DNA of 64,000 nucleotides, taken from assembly GCA_963711565.1 (NCBI GenBank), contig CAVQEQ010000004.1, positions 1,184,001-1,248,000 on the forward strand, given 5' to 3'. Every line of letters begins with the position of its first letter. The stretch's first letter is position 1. Under the pieces are notes generated by a model. That model was given only the letters and a program-made list of their open reading frames with translations, did not search any database and was not told the DNA's origin. The stretch comes from an uncultured delta proteobacterium (GTDB lineage: Bacteria; Desulfobacterota; Binatia; Binatales; Binataceae). This document shows, piece after piece, positions 55,319 to 64,000 of this stretch. The translations under genes were made by a program, and so were the position numbers.

Positions 55319-56533
55319 ATGGAGATGGCAATGAAGGGCTCCCGCCCCACGAGGAAGATATTCATAGGAAGTGCACGCGAGAGCCTCGCCGAAGCGAAAA
55401 AGGTCGCCTACTGGATAGAAGGTTGGAGCAAAACTAATAAAGCGCATCTCGTAGTTAACAGGTGGGATGCCCCCGGGACTTTTGTCCCTGGCCAATCTGT
55501 ATGGCACCAACTCTACCAAAGGACTAAGGAGTCATTTGCAGCGGTCATCATATTTGGGAGGGACGACAAGGTTTGGTCAAGGGGTAAGGACTATAAGCAA
55601 CCCCGAGACAACGCATTGATTGAATTTGGGCTCTTTGCTGGGGGCCTTCACCCCGACAGAGTGGTCTTCTGCGTAACAGGAAATCCTAAGATTCCAAGCG
55701 ATCTGGAAGGGCTCGTTCGTATCGATATGTCGAGTGAGTTCATCAACCGTGCGGAAGTCGAAATCGAAGTATGGTTGGGGAAAATTCTCGAGATTCCAGG
55801 CGTCTTTCCTGCTGATCAAAGCAAAGTAAGTACCATGGCTAGTTCGTTAGCGGTGCGCGATCAGGCGGGCAAAAAAAGAGACATCGAAGATGGGTCCGAC
55901 CGCTTGTTGGAAGCTTTGCGCGAGGAACTCCAGTCTCTGCTCAGAAGTAAGCCCTCCTCCTACCCGAGGATCGTAAAGCGATCCACGACCCTAGTGATAC
56001 AGAAAAACGGGGACGGTCTATGCACAACCGAGGAGAGCTTTTCCTCGCCACGAAGAGATATGCAGGTCAGGCTCTTCACAATGGGGAGCGATGCACCGGC
56101 GGAATTCGACTCGCTTGATTTAAAGGTGGAGTGCGGGACTCCCGGATTCGAAGCGTCGTTTAGAAAGGGAGAAGACGATCCCAAGCGGAAGACAATTTTT
56201 ATATTCTTTCGCCCGTTCGTACCGAGAGGGCAGGAAGTCATGTACAAGGTGTCTTGGAAGTGGCCAAAGATGTGGACGATACTCTGCAAGGGGAAGCCCG
56301 ACTTTTGGCGTCAGGAAGTGCGATCAGCCACCGTTGTTGCACAGATTCGGACCGAGTTTCGCCTGCACAAGTCCCTTCGACCGGTGACCATCGAAAATCG
56401 AGGGAAGGGGGGAGGAAAACTTGAATCTCCGCCCAAAATAGGAGACTATCGTAGGTATGTCTGGGTCGTTAGAGATCTTCATCAAAATCAGGATGCTGAT
56501 CTCTGGCTGGTGCCAGAACCGAGAGGAAGGTGA
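55319..56533 (+). CDS. CAP12/Pycsar-type TIR domain fused to an unrecognised beta-rich C-terminal domain
   Basis: IFIGSARE, W..PGTF.PG, DD, PRDNALIEFGLF, IPSDLEG; AT-richer than flanks; start uncertain (55292-55331). Confidence 0.82.
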   Translation: MEMAMKGSRPTRKIFIGSARESLAEAKKVAYWIEGWSKTNKAHLVVNRWDAPGTFVPGQSVWHQLYQRTKESFAAVIIFGRDDKVWSRGKDYKQPRDNALIEFGLFAGGLHPDRVVFCVTGNPKIPSDLEGLVRIDMSSEFINRAEVEIEVWLGKILEIPGVFPADQSKVSTMASSLAVRDQAGKKRDIEDGSDRLLEALREELQSLLRSKPSSYPRIVKRSTTLVIQKNGDGLCTTEESFSSPRRDMQVRLFTMGSDAPAEFDSLDLKVECGTPGFEASFRKGEDDPKRKTIFIFFRPFVPRGQEVMYKVSWKWPKMWTILCKGKPDFWRQEVRSATVVAQIRTEFRLHKSLRPVTIENRGKGGGKLESPPKIGDYRRYVWVVRDLHQNQDADLWLVPEPRGR

Positions 56534-56722
56534 AGTTGTTATGAGATCGATCAGACAAGAAAAGTTTTCCAACTCTCGCGGGTTCGAGACTTCTCTTCAC
56601 TTCGGAGGAAGTGGAGCTGGCGCAGGGGTAGCCTGATTTATCGACCGAACAGGCCTTCGCCCGACATTTATCCGCGCTCCCTTTTGGCGCTCTCCTCGGA
56701 CTCCCGCTGTAGAACACTTACC

Positions 56723-57382
56723 TCAGCTCGAATGCGCACCCTGCTGCGAGCGCAACTGATGCAGCATGTTTGCGATCTGCCCGCTTAGGTCTCCGATTGT
56801 CCGGCTTAGAGCGGCGGCGGCGTCGGTCGTGTCGCCGGGCTTCGAGGGTTGCGTCAGGTTGGACTCAACCGTGTACAGAATGTTCTTGCCGGTCGAGTCG
56901 AGGATCGTCCACTTCGCAGATAGCGTCGCTGTCCCATTGCTGTCGGTCTCGAAGCGGTACACGTCGATCTGCACCTGCATGTCGATGTGCACGGTGTTGT
57001 ACCATGGGAAATCGATCACCGCGGCGCCCGTCTCCGCGGCGAGGTTCCGGTCCATCGCGCTGGTGAAACCGTTCTGGACAGACTCACCCCATCGATCTTC
57101 TTTCGATAGTTCGAGACGATTGGGGGCGGCGCGCGTCACCACTTCGGGGCGATCGAGATACGGCGGCAGTTTGATCGGTCCCAGGCCGAGCGTGAAAGCG
57201 CCGCTCGTGTTCGACGCGGTCCCGGTCGCGGGCGCGGCGGTGTCCGCGCTCGGCGTCAGCAGATAGAACTTCGAGATATCTTTCTGCGGAGCGAGGATCG
57301 CCTTCGCGAGGTACGAGCATCCCGCCATGGACGCCGCAAGCGCGCCCGCGAGAAAAATTCTTAAAAACCTGGTCAAGGTCAT
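56723..57382 (-). CDS. pqiC: PqiC-family ABC auxiliary lipoprotein
   Basis: MAGC lipobox, FYLL, LPPYLDRPEVV, RWGE. Confidence 0.88.
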   Translation of the reverse strand: MTLTRFLRIFLAGALAASMAGCSYLAKAILAPQKDISKFYLLTPSADTAAPATGTASNTSGAFTLGLGPIKLPPYLDRPEVVTRAAPNRLELSKEDRWGESVQNGFTSAMDRNLAAETGAAVIDFPWYNTVHIDMQVQIDVYRFETDSNGTATLSAKWTILDSTGKNILYTVESNLTQPSKPGDTTDAAAALSRTIGDLSGQIANMLHQLRSQQGAHSS

Positions 57383-57385
57383 CGC

Positions 57386-58363
57386 TTAATCCTGGCTGAA
57401 GTCGCGGCCGCGCACGATTGCGCTCGGGTTGCGTTGCAGGTAGTCCGCCAACTCCTTGACCGAGTGCGCGGCGGCGGAGACGTCCTGCAGCGTCTGCAGC
57501 GCCTGGTAGTTGATCGGCGAGTTGGGCTCGATCGTCGTCTGCACGGTGCCGAGCGTCAGCGTTGCCTGCTTCGCCGCGGCGTCCGCCGAGGTCGAGGTTC
57601 TCTGCAGCGAGACCGACAGCGGCGGCACCTGGCTGTTCACCGTGCTCAGCGTCTGCTGCGCGCCGGCGAGAGTATGGTCCAGTTGCTCGCGCGTCTTCTC
57701 GGAGTTGTTGATCGCTGCCCGGAGCCCGGGCGAGGTCGTGATCTGCCTGATCGAATCGAGCATCCCGGTCATCTGCGTGAAGACCGCGTTGAAGTCAACC
57801 TTGTCGAGCCGTTCGAAAATCCGCACCGCGACCTTTTGCGCCTGCTCCAGCGTGTTTGGAATCGCGGGAATTTCCTGCAGCGGAGAACCCGGCGGCGCGA
57901 CCATCTGAATCGGCGTGTCCGGCTCGATATCCAGCGCGACGTACATCAGGCCGGTGACGAAGCTGTCCGAACCCAGTTGCGCGCGCAACCCTTCGCGGAT
58001 CAGGTTGGGAACCGTATGCGGGTCGCTCAAGTCGATCGCGGTGCCGCCATGGGAAACAATCTTGTCTTCATCGAGCTGGATGATCACCGGGATGCGCACC
58101 TCGGCGTTCAGCTTGCCGCTCTGGAAATTAATCTGCTGCTCGAGGCGCAGCTTGATCTTGTTGACCTGGCCGATTTCGACGCCCTTGAACTTGACCGGCG
58201 CGCCGACCCGCAGGCCGTTGATGTCGCCGCCGAAGTAGATCACAAATTCGTGGGTCTTGCGGAAGAGGTTGCCCGATCCGAAGACCACGACCGCGGCCAG
58301 GATCAAACCTATCGCGCCCAGCACGAACGCGCCCACAGTAGCCGGATTGATTCGCTTACCCAT
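57386..58363 (-). CDS. mlaD: MlaD/MCE domain protein
   Basis: GLRVGAPVKFKGVEIGQV, GLRAQL..SFVTG, YLQRNPSAIVRGR. Confidence 0.9.
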   Translation of the reverse strand: MGKRINPATVGAFVLGAIGLILAAVVVFGSGNLFRKTHEFVIYFGGDINGLRVGAPVKFKGVEIGQVNKIKLRLEQQINFQSGKLNAEVRIPVIIQLDEDKIVSHGGTAIDLSDPHTVPNLIREGLRAQLGSDSFVTGLMYVALDIEPDTPIQMVAPPGSPLQEIPAIPNTLEQAQKVAVRIFERLDKVDFNAVFTQMTGMLDSIRQITTSPGLRAAINNSEKTREQLDHTLAGAQQTLSTVNSQVPPLSVSLQRTSTSADAAAKQATLTLGTVQTTIEPNSPINYQALQTLQDVSAAAHSVKELADYLQRNPSAIVRGRDFSQD

Positions 58364-59210
58364 GGTCCCTCTCTGATTTGTCCGTTTTGTCGTCTTCGCC
58401 GCCGCGGGTGAGGAAAGTCTGCACCCGGTGATCGGTGGAATGCGCCAGCAGCTCTTTGGGGTCGCCGTGCGCGATCATCGTGCGGCTCTCCGCGTCGAGA
58501 AAGATGCTGTTGTTGCCGATTGCAAAAATGCTCGCCAGCTCGTGGGTGACGACCACCACCGTCGCGCCGAGGTTGTCGCGCAGCTCGAGGATCAAGTCGT
58601 CGAGCAGGCGCGAACTTATCGGATCGAGGCCCGCCGACGGCTCGTCGAAGAAAAGTATTTCCGGATCGAGCGCGATCGCGCGCGCGAGTCCCGCCCGCTT
58701 TTGCATCCCGCCGCTGATCTGGCTCGGATAGTAACCCTCGAAGCCCTTGAGCCCGACCAGCGCCAGCTTCAGCGCCGCAACGTCGCGAATTTCCCTCTGC
58801 GTCAGATCGGTGAATTCGCCGAGCGGCAACCCCACGTTCTCCGCCAGCGTCATCGAGCTCCACAGCGCGCCGCCCTGGTACAGCACGCCGAAGTGCCGCA
58901 GCATCTCCTCGCGCTGTTCCGGCTCGCCCCTGGTGAAGTTGAAGTCGCCGTACCAGACCTCGCCCTTGGCCGGCTCGATCAGCCCGAGCATATGGCGCAG
59001 CAGGGTGCTCTTGCCGCTGCCGCTGCCGCCCATGATGACGAAGATGTCGCCGTGGTTGACGGTGAAGTTGATGTCCTTCATCAGCACGAAGGTCCCATAC
59101 GCCATCGTGAGATTCTTGACGGTAATCGGCGGCGGGCCGTCCTTCGAGAACGTCGTAACGTCCGCGTGCTTGCCGTCAGTACTCTTGACCGATGGATGTG
59201 TGATGGCCAT
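58356..59210 (-). CDS. mlaF: MlaF-type ABC ATPase
   Basis: GGSGSGKST, ISGGMQKRAGLARA, FFDEPSAGLDP. Confidence 0.92.
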   Translation of the reverse strand: MAITHPSVKSTDGKHADVTTFSKDGPPPITVKNLTMAYGTFVLMKDINFTVNHGDIFVIMGGSGSGKSTLLRHMLGLIEPAKGEVWYGDFNFTRGEPEQREEMLRHFGVLYQGGALWSSMTLAENVGLPLGEFTDLTQREIRDVAALKLALVGLKGFEGYYPSQISGGMQKRAGLARAIALDPEILFFDEPSAGLDPISSRLLDDLILELRDNLGATVVVVTHELASIFAIGNNSIFLDAESRTMIAHGDPKELLAHSTDHRVQTFLTRGGEDDKTDKSERDHG

Positions 59211-60362
59211 CTAGATTCCGAGAACGTTGAAGATGAAAGCGAAGATGCCGCACGCGACGATTACATAGACGATTCCCGTGACCACCGCCTCGGTCGCCGC
59301 ATCGCCGACCGCCGACGAACTGTCGCCGCACTGAAACCCGCGCAGGCATCCGGCGGTCGCGATGATTATGCCGTAAACCGCCGCCTTGAAGACGCCGCCG
59401 AAGATGTCGGTGAGTGTCACCGCCGCCTTGGTTTCGCGCAGATACATGCCGAGCGGGATATGCAGCATCGTCGCGCTGACGAACGCTCCTCCCGCCACTC
59501 CAAGGCAATCGGCGTAGATGCAGAGCAGCGGGATCATCAGGAACAGCGCGAGCACGCGCGGCAGCACCAGGAATTCGAGCGGCGAGACTCCCATCGTGGT
59601 CAGCGCGTCGATTTCCTGCGTCACCTTCATCGAGCCGAGCTGCGCGGCAAACGCGGCGCCGGTGCGGCCGGCCATGATGATCGCGGTCATCATCGCGCCC
59701 ATGTCGCGGGTCATCGAAATCCCAACCAGGTCGGCGACGAAGATTGACGCGCCGAACTGTTGCAACTGCACCGCGCCCTCGAACGCGAGAATTATACCGA
59801 CCAGGAAGGTGACCAGCGTGACGATACCGAATGCGCTGGCGCCGCAATCCTGGATCACGATCATCAGATCGACCCGCCGAAAGCGCGCCTTGCCCACCGC
59901 CAGCCTGGCGAACGAGATCGCCACTTCGCCAACGAAGCGCAGAAAATCGTCGAGGCCCTTCGCATACGAAATCGCTTCGTGGCCAAGCTCTTCGATGAAC
60001 GAGGTATGCGAGACTTCGGCACGCGCGCCGGTCTTCTCCGGCACCGCCTCGGCGAGCTGGATCAGGCTGCGCACGCCTTCGGGCAGCGGGCTCCAGTCGG
60101 CGGGTAACTTGCGCTTGTGGCAGAGCTCGCTGACGCCGATCAGAAATGTGAGCAGGCCGCTGTCCCAGTCGCGCAGGTCGGCAGCGTCGAAGGTCAGCTT
60201 GGCCGGTCTCGGATCGGTATCGAGTTGTTTGGCTACGAGGTCAGACGACGGCAAGCCGTGACGAAGATGCCAATCGCCGGCCAGCCGGACGACCAGCGTC
60301 GAGTTAGCGGCGCGCTTGAACGTGAGTTCGTTGTTCGGTTGGGTTTGTCGATGCGCCTGCAT
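59211..60362 (-). CDS. mlaE: MlaE permease with N-terminal STAS-like domain
   Basis: AGRTGAAFAAQLGSMKVTQEIDAL, LVLPRV. Confidence 0.92.
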   Translation of the reverse strand: MQAHRQTQPNNELTFKRAANSTLVVRLAGDWHLRHGLPSSDLVAKQLDTDPRPAKLTFDAADLRDWDSGLLTFLIGVSELCHKRKLPADWSPLPEGVRSLIQLAEAVPEKTGARAEVSHTSFIEELGHEAISYAKGLDDFLRFVGEVAISFARLAVGKARFRRVDLMIVIQDCGASAFGIVTLVTFLVGIILAFEGAVQLQQFGASIFVADLVGISMTRDMGAMMTAIIMAGRTGAAFAAQLGSMKVTQEIDALTTMGVSPLEFLVLPRVLALFLMIPLLCIYADCLGVAGGAFVSATMLHIPLGMYLRETKAAVTLTDIFGGVFKAAVYGIIIATAGCLRGFQCGDSSSAVGDAATEAVVTGIVYVIVACGIFAFIFNVLGI

Positions 60363-60473
60363 TCGTGCGGCTCAATAGCACGCCGGTAAAAGGTAGCACA
60401 ATTCTTTGCTTTTCGATGGCATATGGGGCGCTTTCGCAAGCCAACGGCGAGCGCATTTAATATGATATTCAGT

Positions 60474-61475
60474 ATGAAAGCGATGGTGGTCGATAAGCCC
60501 GCGCCGATCGAATCGGACCCGCTCCACGCGTTCGACGCGCCGATGCCCGAGCCGGGTCCCGGTGAAATTCGGGTGCGCGTGAGCACCTGCGGCGTGTGCC
60601 GCACGGATCTTCACGTCGCCGAGGGCGACCTGCCGCCGCGTCATCCGCGAATCATCCCGGGCCACGAAGTGGTGGGCGTCGTGGACAAGCGCGGCGTCGG
60701 CGCGGCGCGTTTCAAGCAAGGCGATCGAGTCGGCATCGCATGGCTGCGCGAGACTTGCGGAGTGTGCGTCTATTGCCGTCGCGGCCGCGAGAACCTATGC
60801 CCCAACGCGCGCTTCACCGGCTACGACCATGACGGCGGCTACTGCGAATACGCCGTCGTCCGCGAGGACTTCGCCTACGCACTGCCCGATTCGCTCGGCG
60901 ATGAAGAAGCGGCGCCGCTGCTATGCGCGGGGATAATTGGATTTCGCGCAATCAAGCGCGCCGACATCACGCCGGGCGCGACGGTCGGCCTCTACGGCTT
61001 CGGTGGCTCGGCGCATCTGGCGATACAGGTGCTGCGGCATTGGGGATGCCGCGTGTTCGTGATGAGCCGTGGCGGACCGCATCGCGACCTGGCGAAGGAC
61101 CTTGGCGCCGAGTGGATCGGCGACGCCGAAGATTCGCCACCCGCGCCGCTCGACGCGGCGATCCTGTTCGCGCCGGCGGGAAATCTCGTGCCGCCGGCTC
61201 TGGAAGCGCTCGACCGCGGCGGGATACTCGCGGTCGCAGGAATCTACTTGAGCCCTATTCCAATCTTGGACTATGAGAAACACCTCTTTGACGAAAAAGA
61301 ACTCCGGAGCGTGACCGCCAACACGCGCGCCGACGGCGAAGAGTTCCTGAAGCTCGCGGCCGAGATTCCTATCCGCATCAGCACGATGGCCTTCGGCCTC
61401 GCCGAAGCAAACGTCGCGCTCAAGATGCTCAAGCACGACGAAATCAAGGGCGCCGGCGTCCTGCGAATCTCGTAG
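60474..61475 (+). CDS. zinc-dependent alcohol dehydrogenase family protein
   Basis: CGVCRTDLH, PGHEVVG, CGVCVYC..ENLC, GLYGFGGSAH. Confidence 0.94.
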   Translation: MKAMVVDKPAPIESDPLHAFDAPMPEPGPGEIRVRVSTCGVCRTDLHVAEGDLPPRHPRIIPGHEVVGVVDKRGVGAARFKQGDRVGIAWLRETCGVCVYCRRGRENLCPNARFTGYDHDGGYCEYAVVREDFAYALPDSLGDEEAAPLLCAGIIGFRAIKRADITPGATVGLYGFGGSAHLAIQVLRHWGCRVFVMSRGGPHRDLAKDLGAEWIGDAEDSPPAPLDAAILFAPAGNLVPPALEALDRGGILAVAGIYLSPIPILDYEKHLFDEKELRSVTANTRADGEEFLKLAAEIPIRISTMAFGLAEANVALKMLKHDEIKGAGVLRIS

Positions 61476-61477
61476 CC

Positions 61478-62302
61478 CTACGGCAGAATCGCGAACGCGC
61501 GCGCCGGGAAGCCGAGGCCATCCTGCGGCTTCGGCCAACTTACGACGATCAGCGCGCCGGTAGCCGGCACCTTGTCCAGGTTTGCCATCACCTCGATCTG
61601 CCAGTGGCCGTGCTTGAGCAACCACGTCTCGGACTCGAGAGAGGGCGTCGTGTCTGTATCCATCGACTCGTGGCCGTTCGCCACGATGCCGCGCTGCTCG
61701 TACAGGAATCGGATCGCCGCCAGCGACCATGCAGGGAATGGATAGCGCTCGAAGCGCCGCGGATTCTTGGCCCAGTCCTTGTACATGTCGGTGCGCAGCG
61801 CGGCGAAGGCGCCTGCCGGGACGCGGCCGTGCATCTGCTCCCAGGCTTTGATGTCGTCAACGGTGAGAAGGTGGTTGGGATCGCGCTTGAGCATCGGAGT
61901 CACGTCGAAAACCACCAGCGGCAAGATCATCTGCTTGACCGGAATCTTGTCCAGCGTTGCGCCCGCCGGGTCGAAGTGCGCGGGCGGATCGACGTGCGTG
62001 CCGTACTGCCCGACCATCGCGAAGAATTGGGCGCGAAATCCGTCGCGGTCGATAGTGTAGGGACGGCCGGTCGCGGGATCCGCGGCCGCGGAGAAGGTTG
62101 CAGGGCCGAAGCCTCGCCATACCGGCGTCAACGGGCTGAAGGAATGTGTCAGATCGACGAACTCTTTGGATGCGATTATCTGGTACGCGTCCGCAAGCGA
62201 TCGCGCCTGGGCCAATGCGATCGCCGGTGCGCCGACGATGAACGCGAGGCTCAAGAGTACGAACAATGCGGAGGTGACCAGCCGGGCCGGCTTCCTGTCC
62301 AT
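61478..62302 (-). CDS. secreted cyclase/kynurenine formamidase-family metal hydrolase
   Basis: Signal peptide, VDLTH, GTHVDPPAHF, GHESMDTD, GFPARAFA; GAGGAGG RBS. Confidence 0.88.
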   Translation of the reverse strand: MDRKPARLVTSALFVLLSLAFIVGAPAIALAQARSLADAYQIIASKEFVDLTHSFSPLTPVWRGFGPATFSAAADPATGRPYTIDRDGFRAQFFAMVGQYGTHVDPPAHFDPAGATLDKIPVKQMILPLVVFDVTPMLKRDPNHLLTVDDIKAWEQMHGRVPAGAFAALRTDMYKDWAKNPRRFERYPFPAWSLAAIRFLYEQRGIVANGHESMDTDTTPSLESETWLLKHGHWQIEVMANLDKVPATGALIVVSWPKPQDGLGFPARAFAILP

Positions 62303-62461
62303 GCGCGACCTCCTCGTCGATGATTCAGAGTCTTCTCGGCTGCGCAAGTTTTGCTTCACTCAGAGCCCCCGCTTCATTAGACTTCGTTGACGCGCTGACG
62401 CGATGCTTGCTAGCCTTCAACTGTAGCGATTTAACGTATATATCAAGCGCCAGAGGCTTCA

Positions 62462-62995
62462 ATGGCATTAGTTAAAAGCGGGCTCGAGTCGGCCAAGGGC
62501 GACGAGATTCTGCTCGGCGATACTGCGGTCCTGACCCGGCTCGACAAGGCGCTCGGCTGGGCGCGGAAATTTTCGATCTTCCCGTATCCCTTCGCGACCG
62601 CGTGCTGCGCGATGGAATATATGTCGCTCTCGATGTCGCCCTACGACATCGACCGCTTCGGCGCGCTGCTGCCGCGCTTCACTCCGCGGCAGGCCGACCT
62701 GCTGATGGTGATCGGCACCGTGACCGTTCGCCAGGGCCCGATTCTGCGCCGCGTTTACGAACAGATGGCGGAGCCGAAATGGGTGATGGCGTTTGGCGCG
62801 TGCGCCTCGACCGGCGGCTTCTACGACAACTACGCGACGCTGCCCGGCATCGACAGGATCGTCCCGGTTGACGTGTATGTTCCCGGATGTCCGCCGCGGC
62901 CCGAGGGCGTGCTCGACGCGCTGATGGCGTTGCAGCGGAAAATCCAGGGGCAGAAACAGAAGCTGATGGCGCTCAGCGAAAAGCATCCCGCCTGA
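62462..62995 (+). CDS. nuoB: NADH-quinone oxidoreductase subunit B
   Basis: TACCAME, PRQADL, FGACASTGG, VDVYVPGCPPRPE. Confidence 0.95.
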   Translation: MALVKSGLESAKGDEILLGDTAVLTRLDKALGWARKFSIFPYPFATACCAMEYMSLSMSPYDIDRFGALLPRFTPRQADLLMVIGTVTVRQGPILRRVYEQMAEPKWVMAFGACASTGGFYDNYATLPGIDRIVPVDVYVPGCPPRPEGVLDALMALQRKIQGQKQKLMALSEKHPA

Positions 62996-63022
62996 AACAC
63001 ACAACTAGCACACGGGATTCAC

Positions 63023-64000
63023 ATGGAACGGATACTGACTCGCTGGCTGGATATCCCTGACCTTCGCAAGCTCGACGTGTACCTTGCCAATAACGGCTAC
63101 AAGGCCGCGCGCAAGGCATACTTCGAGATGTCGACCGACGACATTATCAACGAGATCAAGAATTCGAACCTGCGCGGACGAGGCGGCGCTGCATTTCCGA
63201 CCGGCGTCAAGTGGAGCTTTATTCCGAAGGAGTCGAAGAAGCCGGTTTACGTCTGCGTCAACGGCGATGAGAGCGAGCCGGGCACCTTCGCCAATCGCTA
63301 CCAGTTCGAAAACGATCCGCACGGCATTATCGAGGGGATACTGATTGCGTGCCGCGCGGTCGGGTCGCATAACGCGTACATCTACATGCGCGGCGAATTC
63401 ACCGTGCAGCAGCGCAGCATGGATGCGGCCCTGGCTGAGGCGCGCGCCGCGGGCTACGTCGGCAAGGACGTGATGGGCTCCGGCTACGGCGTGGATATCT
63501 GGACCCATAAGGGCGCGGGCGCGTACATCTGCGGCGAGGAAAGCGCGCTGCTGGAATCGCTCGAAGGCAAGCGCGGCTACCCGCGCAACCGGCCGCCATT
63601 CCCTGCGATCGTCGGCGCCTTCGGATGCCCGACCGTGGTCAACAACATAGAGACCTTGTCGAACGTGCCGCACATCATCAATCGCGGCGCCGCCTGGTAC
63701 AAGGCCATCGGTCCCGAGAAGAGCCCCGGCACCAAGCTGGTGTGCGTCTCCGGCCACGTCAACAAGCCTGGGCTGTACGAATTGCCGATGGGCACGCCGC
63801 TGAAGGACATCATCTACGACATCGGCGGCGGCATCCTCGGCGGCAAGACGCTCAAGGGCGTCATCCCGGGCGGCTCGTCATTCCCGGTCCTCAACAAGGA
63901 GGAGAGCGAGCGCGCGATTTTCGATTTCGACTCGATGCGCACGATTGGCTCGGCGATGGGCTCCGGGGTCGTCATCGTGATGGACAACGATACGTGCATG
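63023..64000 (+). CDS. nuoF: NADH-quinone oxidoreductase subunit F, 3'-truncated by window edge
   Basis: Read from the DNA (absent from the ORF track): LRGRGGAAFPTGVKWSF, NGDESEPGT, GAGAYICGEESALLESLEG, VNNIETL. Confidence 0.94.
   Translation, partial: MERILTRWLDIPDLRKLDVYLANNGYKAARKAYFEMSTDDIINEIKNSNLRGRGGAAFPTGVKWSFIPKESKKPVYVCVNGDESEPGTFANRYQFENDPHGIIEGILIACRAVGSHNAYIYMRGEFTVQQRSMDAALAEARAAGYVGKDVMGSGYGVDIWTHKGAGAYICGEESALLESLEGKRGYPRNRPPFPAIVGAFGCPTVVNNIETLSNVPHIINRGAAWYKAIGPEKSPGTKLVCVSGHVNKPGLYELPMGTPLKDIIYDIGGGILGGKTLKGVIPGGSSFPVLNKEESERAIFDFDSMRTIGSAMGSGVVIVMDNDTCM

Noticed and set aside
55292-56533. Complete CBASS, Pycsar or Thoeris system
   Set aside because: No cyclase or partner gene; flanks are the E2 gene and pqiC
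1-64000. Prophage, IS, integron, tRNA or rRNA
   Set aside because: No integrase, transposase, phage structural gene or recognisable structural RNA found by eye

Overview
High-GC bacterial chromosomal window. The gene mix (F420 biosynthesis, paired CaiB/BaiF CoA-transferases, CxxxY-type CcmE, imuA-imuB-dnaE2) resembles uncultured Binatia/Desulfobacterota_B, but that assignment is inference only. It is mostly housekeeping and metabolic: glgB, yacG-lpxA, a ccm operon, a DnaJ/MerR pair, pepP, uppP, glyA, cofGHDE, 2-oxoacid dehydrogenase E1/E1/E2, an Mla/Pqi transporter and nuoB-nuoF. No rRNA, tRNA, CRISPR array or transposase/integrase was seen. The best candidate for a new system is a tightly coupled four-gene unit at 28494-32306 with its own palindromic operator. 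It encodes a stand-alone PaaA-like diiron enzyme, a KstR2/PaaR-type TetR, a salicylate-type adenylating enzyme with no carrier protein, and a CADD-like heme-oxygenase-fold diiron enzyme, with a BadH-like SDR just upstream; this suggests an undescribed CoA-dependent hydroxy-aromatic acid pathway. Other notable items: an orphan TIR NADase fused to an unrecognised beta-rich domain, an AT-richer unknown-protein/PIN pair, a BrnTA module inside the mutasome operon, a palindromic repeat translated in-frame within imuA, a parS-like palindrome inside ccmH, direct repeats around an antiporter gene, and a small membrane peptide convergent with a candidate sRNA. Several single-base frameshifts, some in homopolymers, look like long-read assembly errors.
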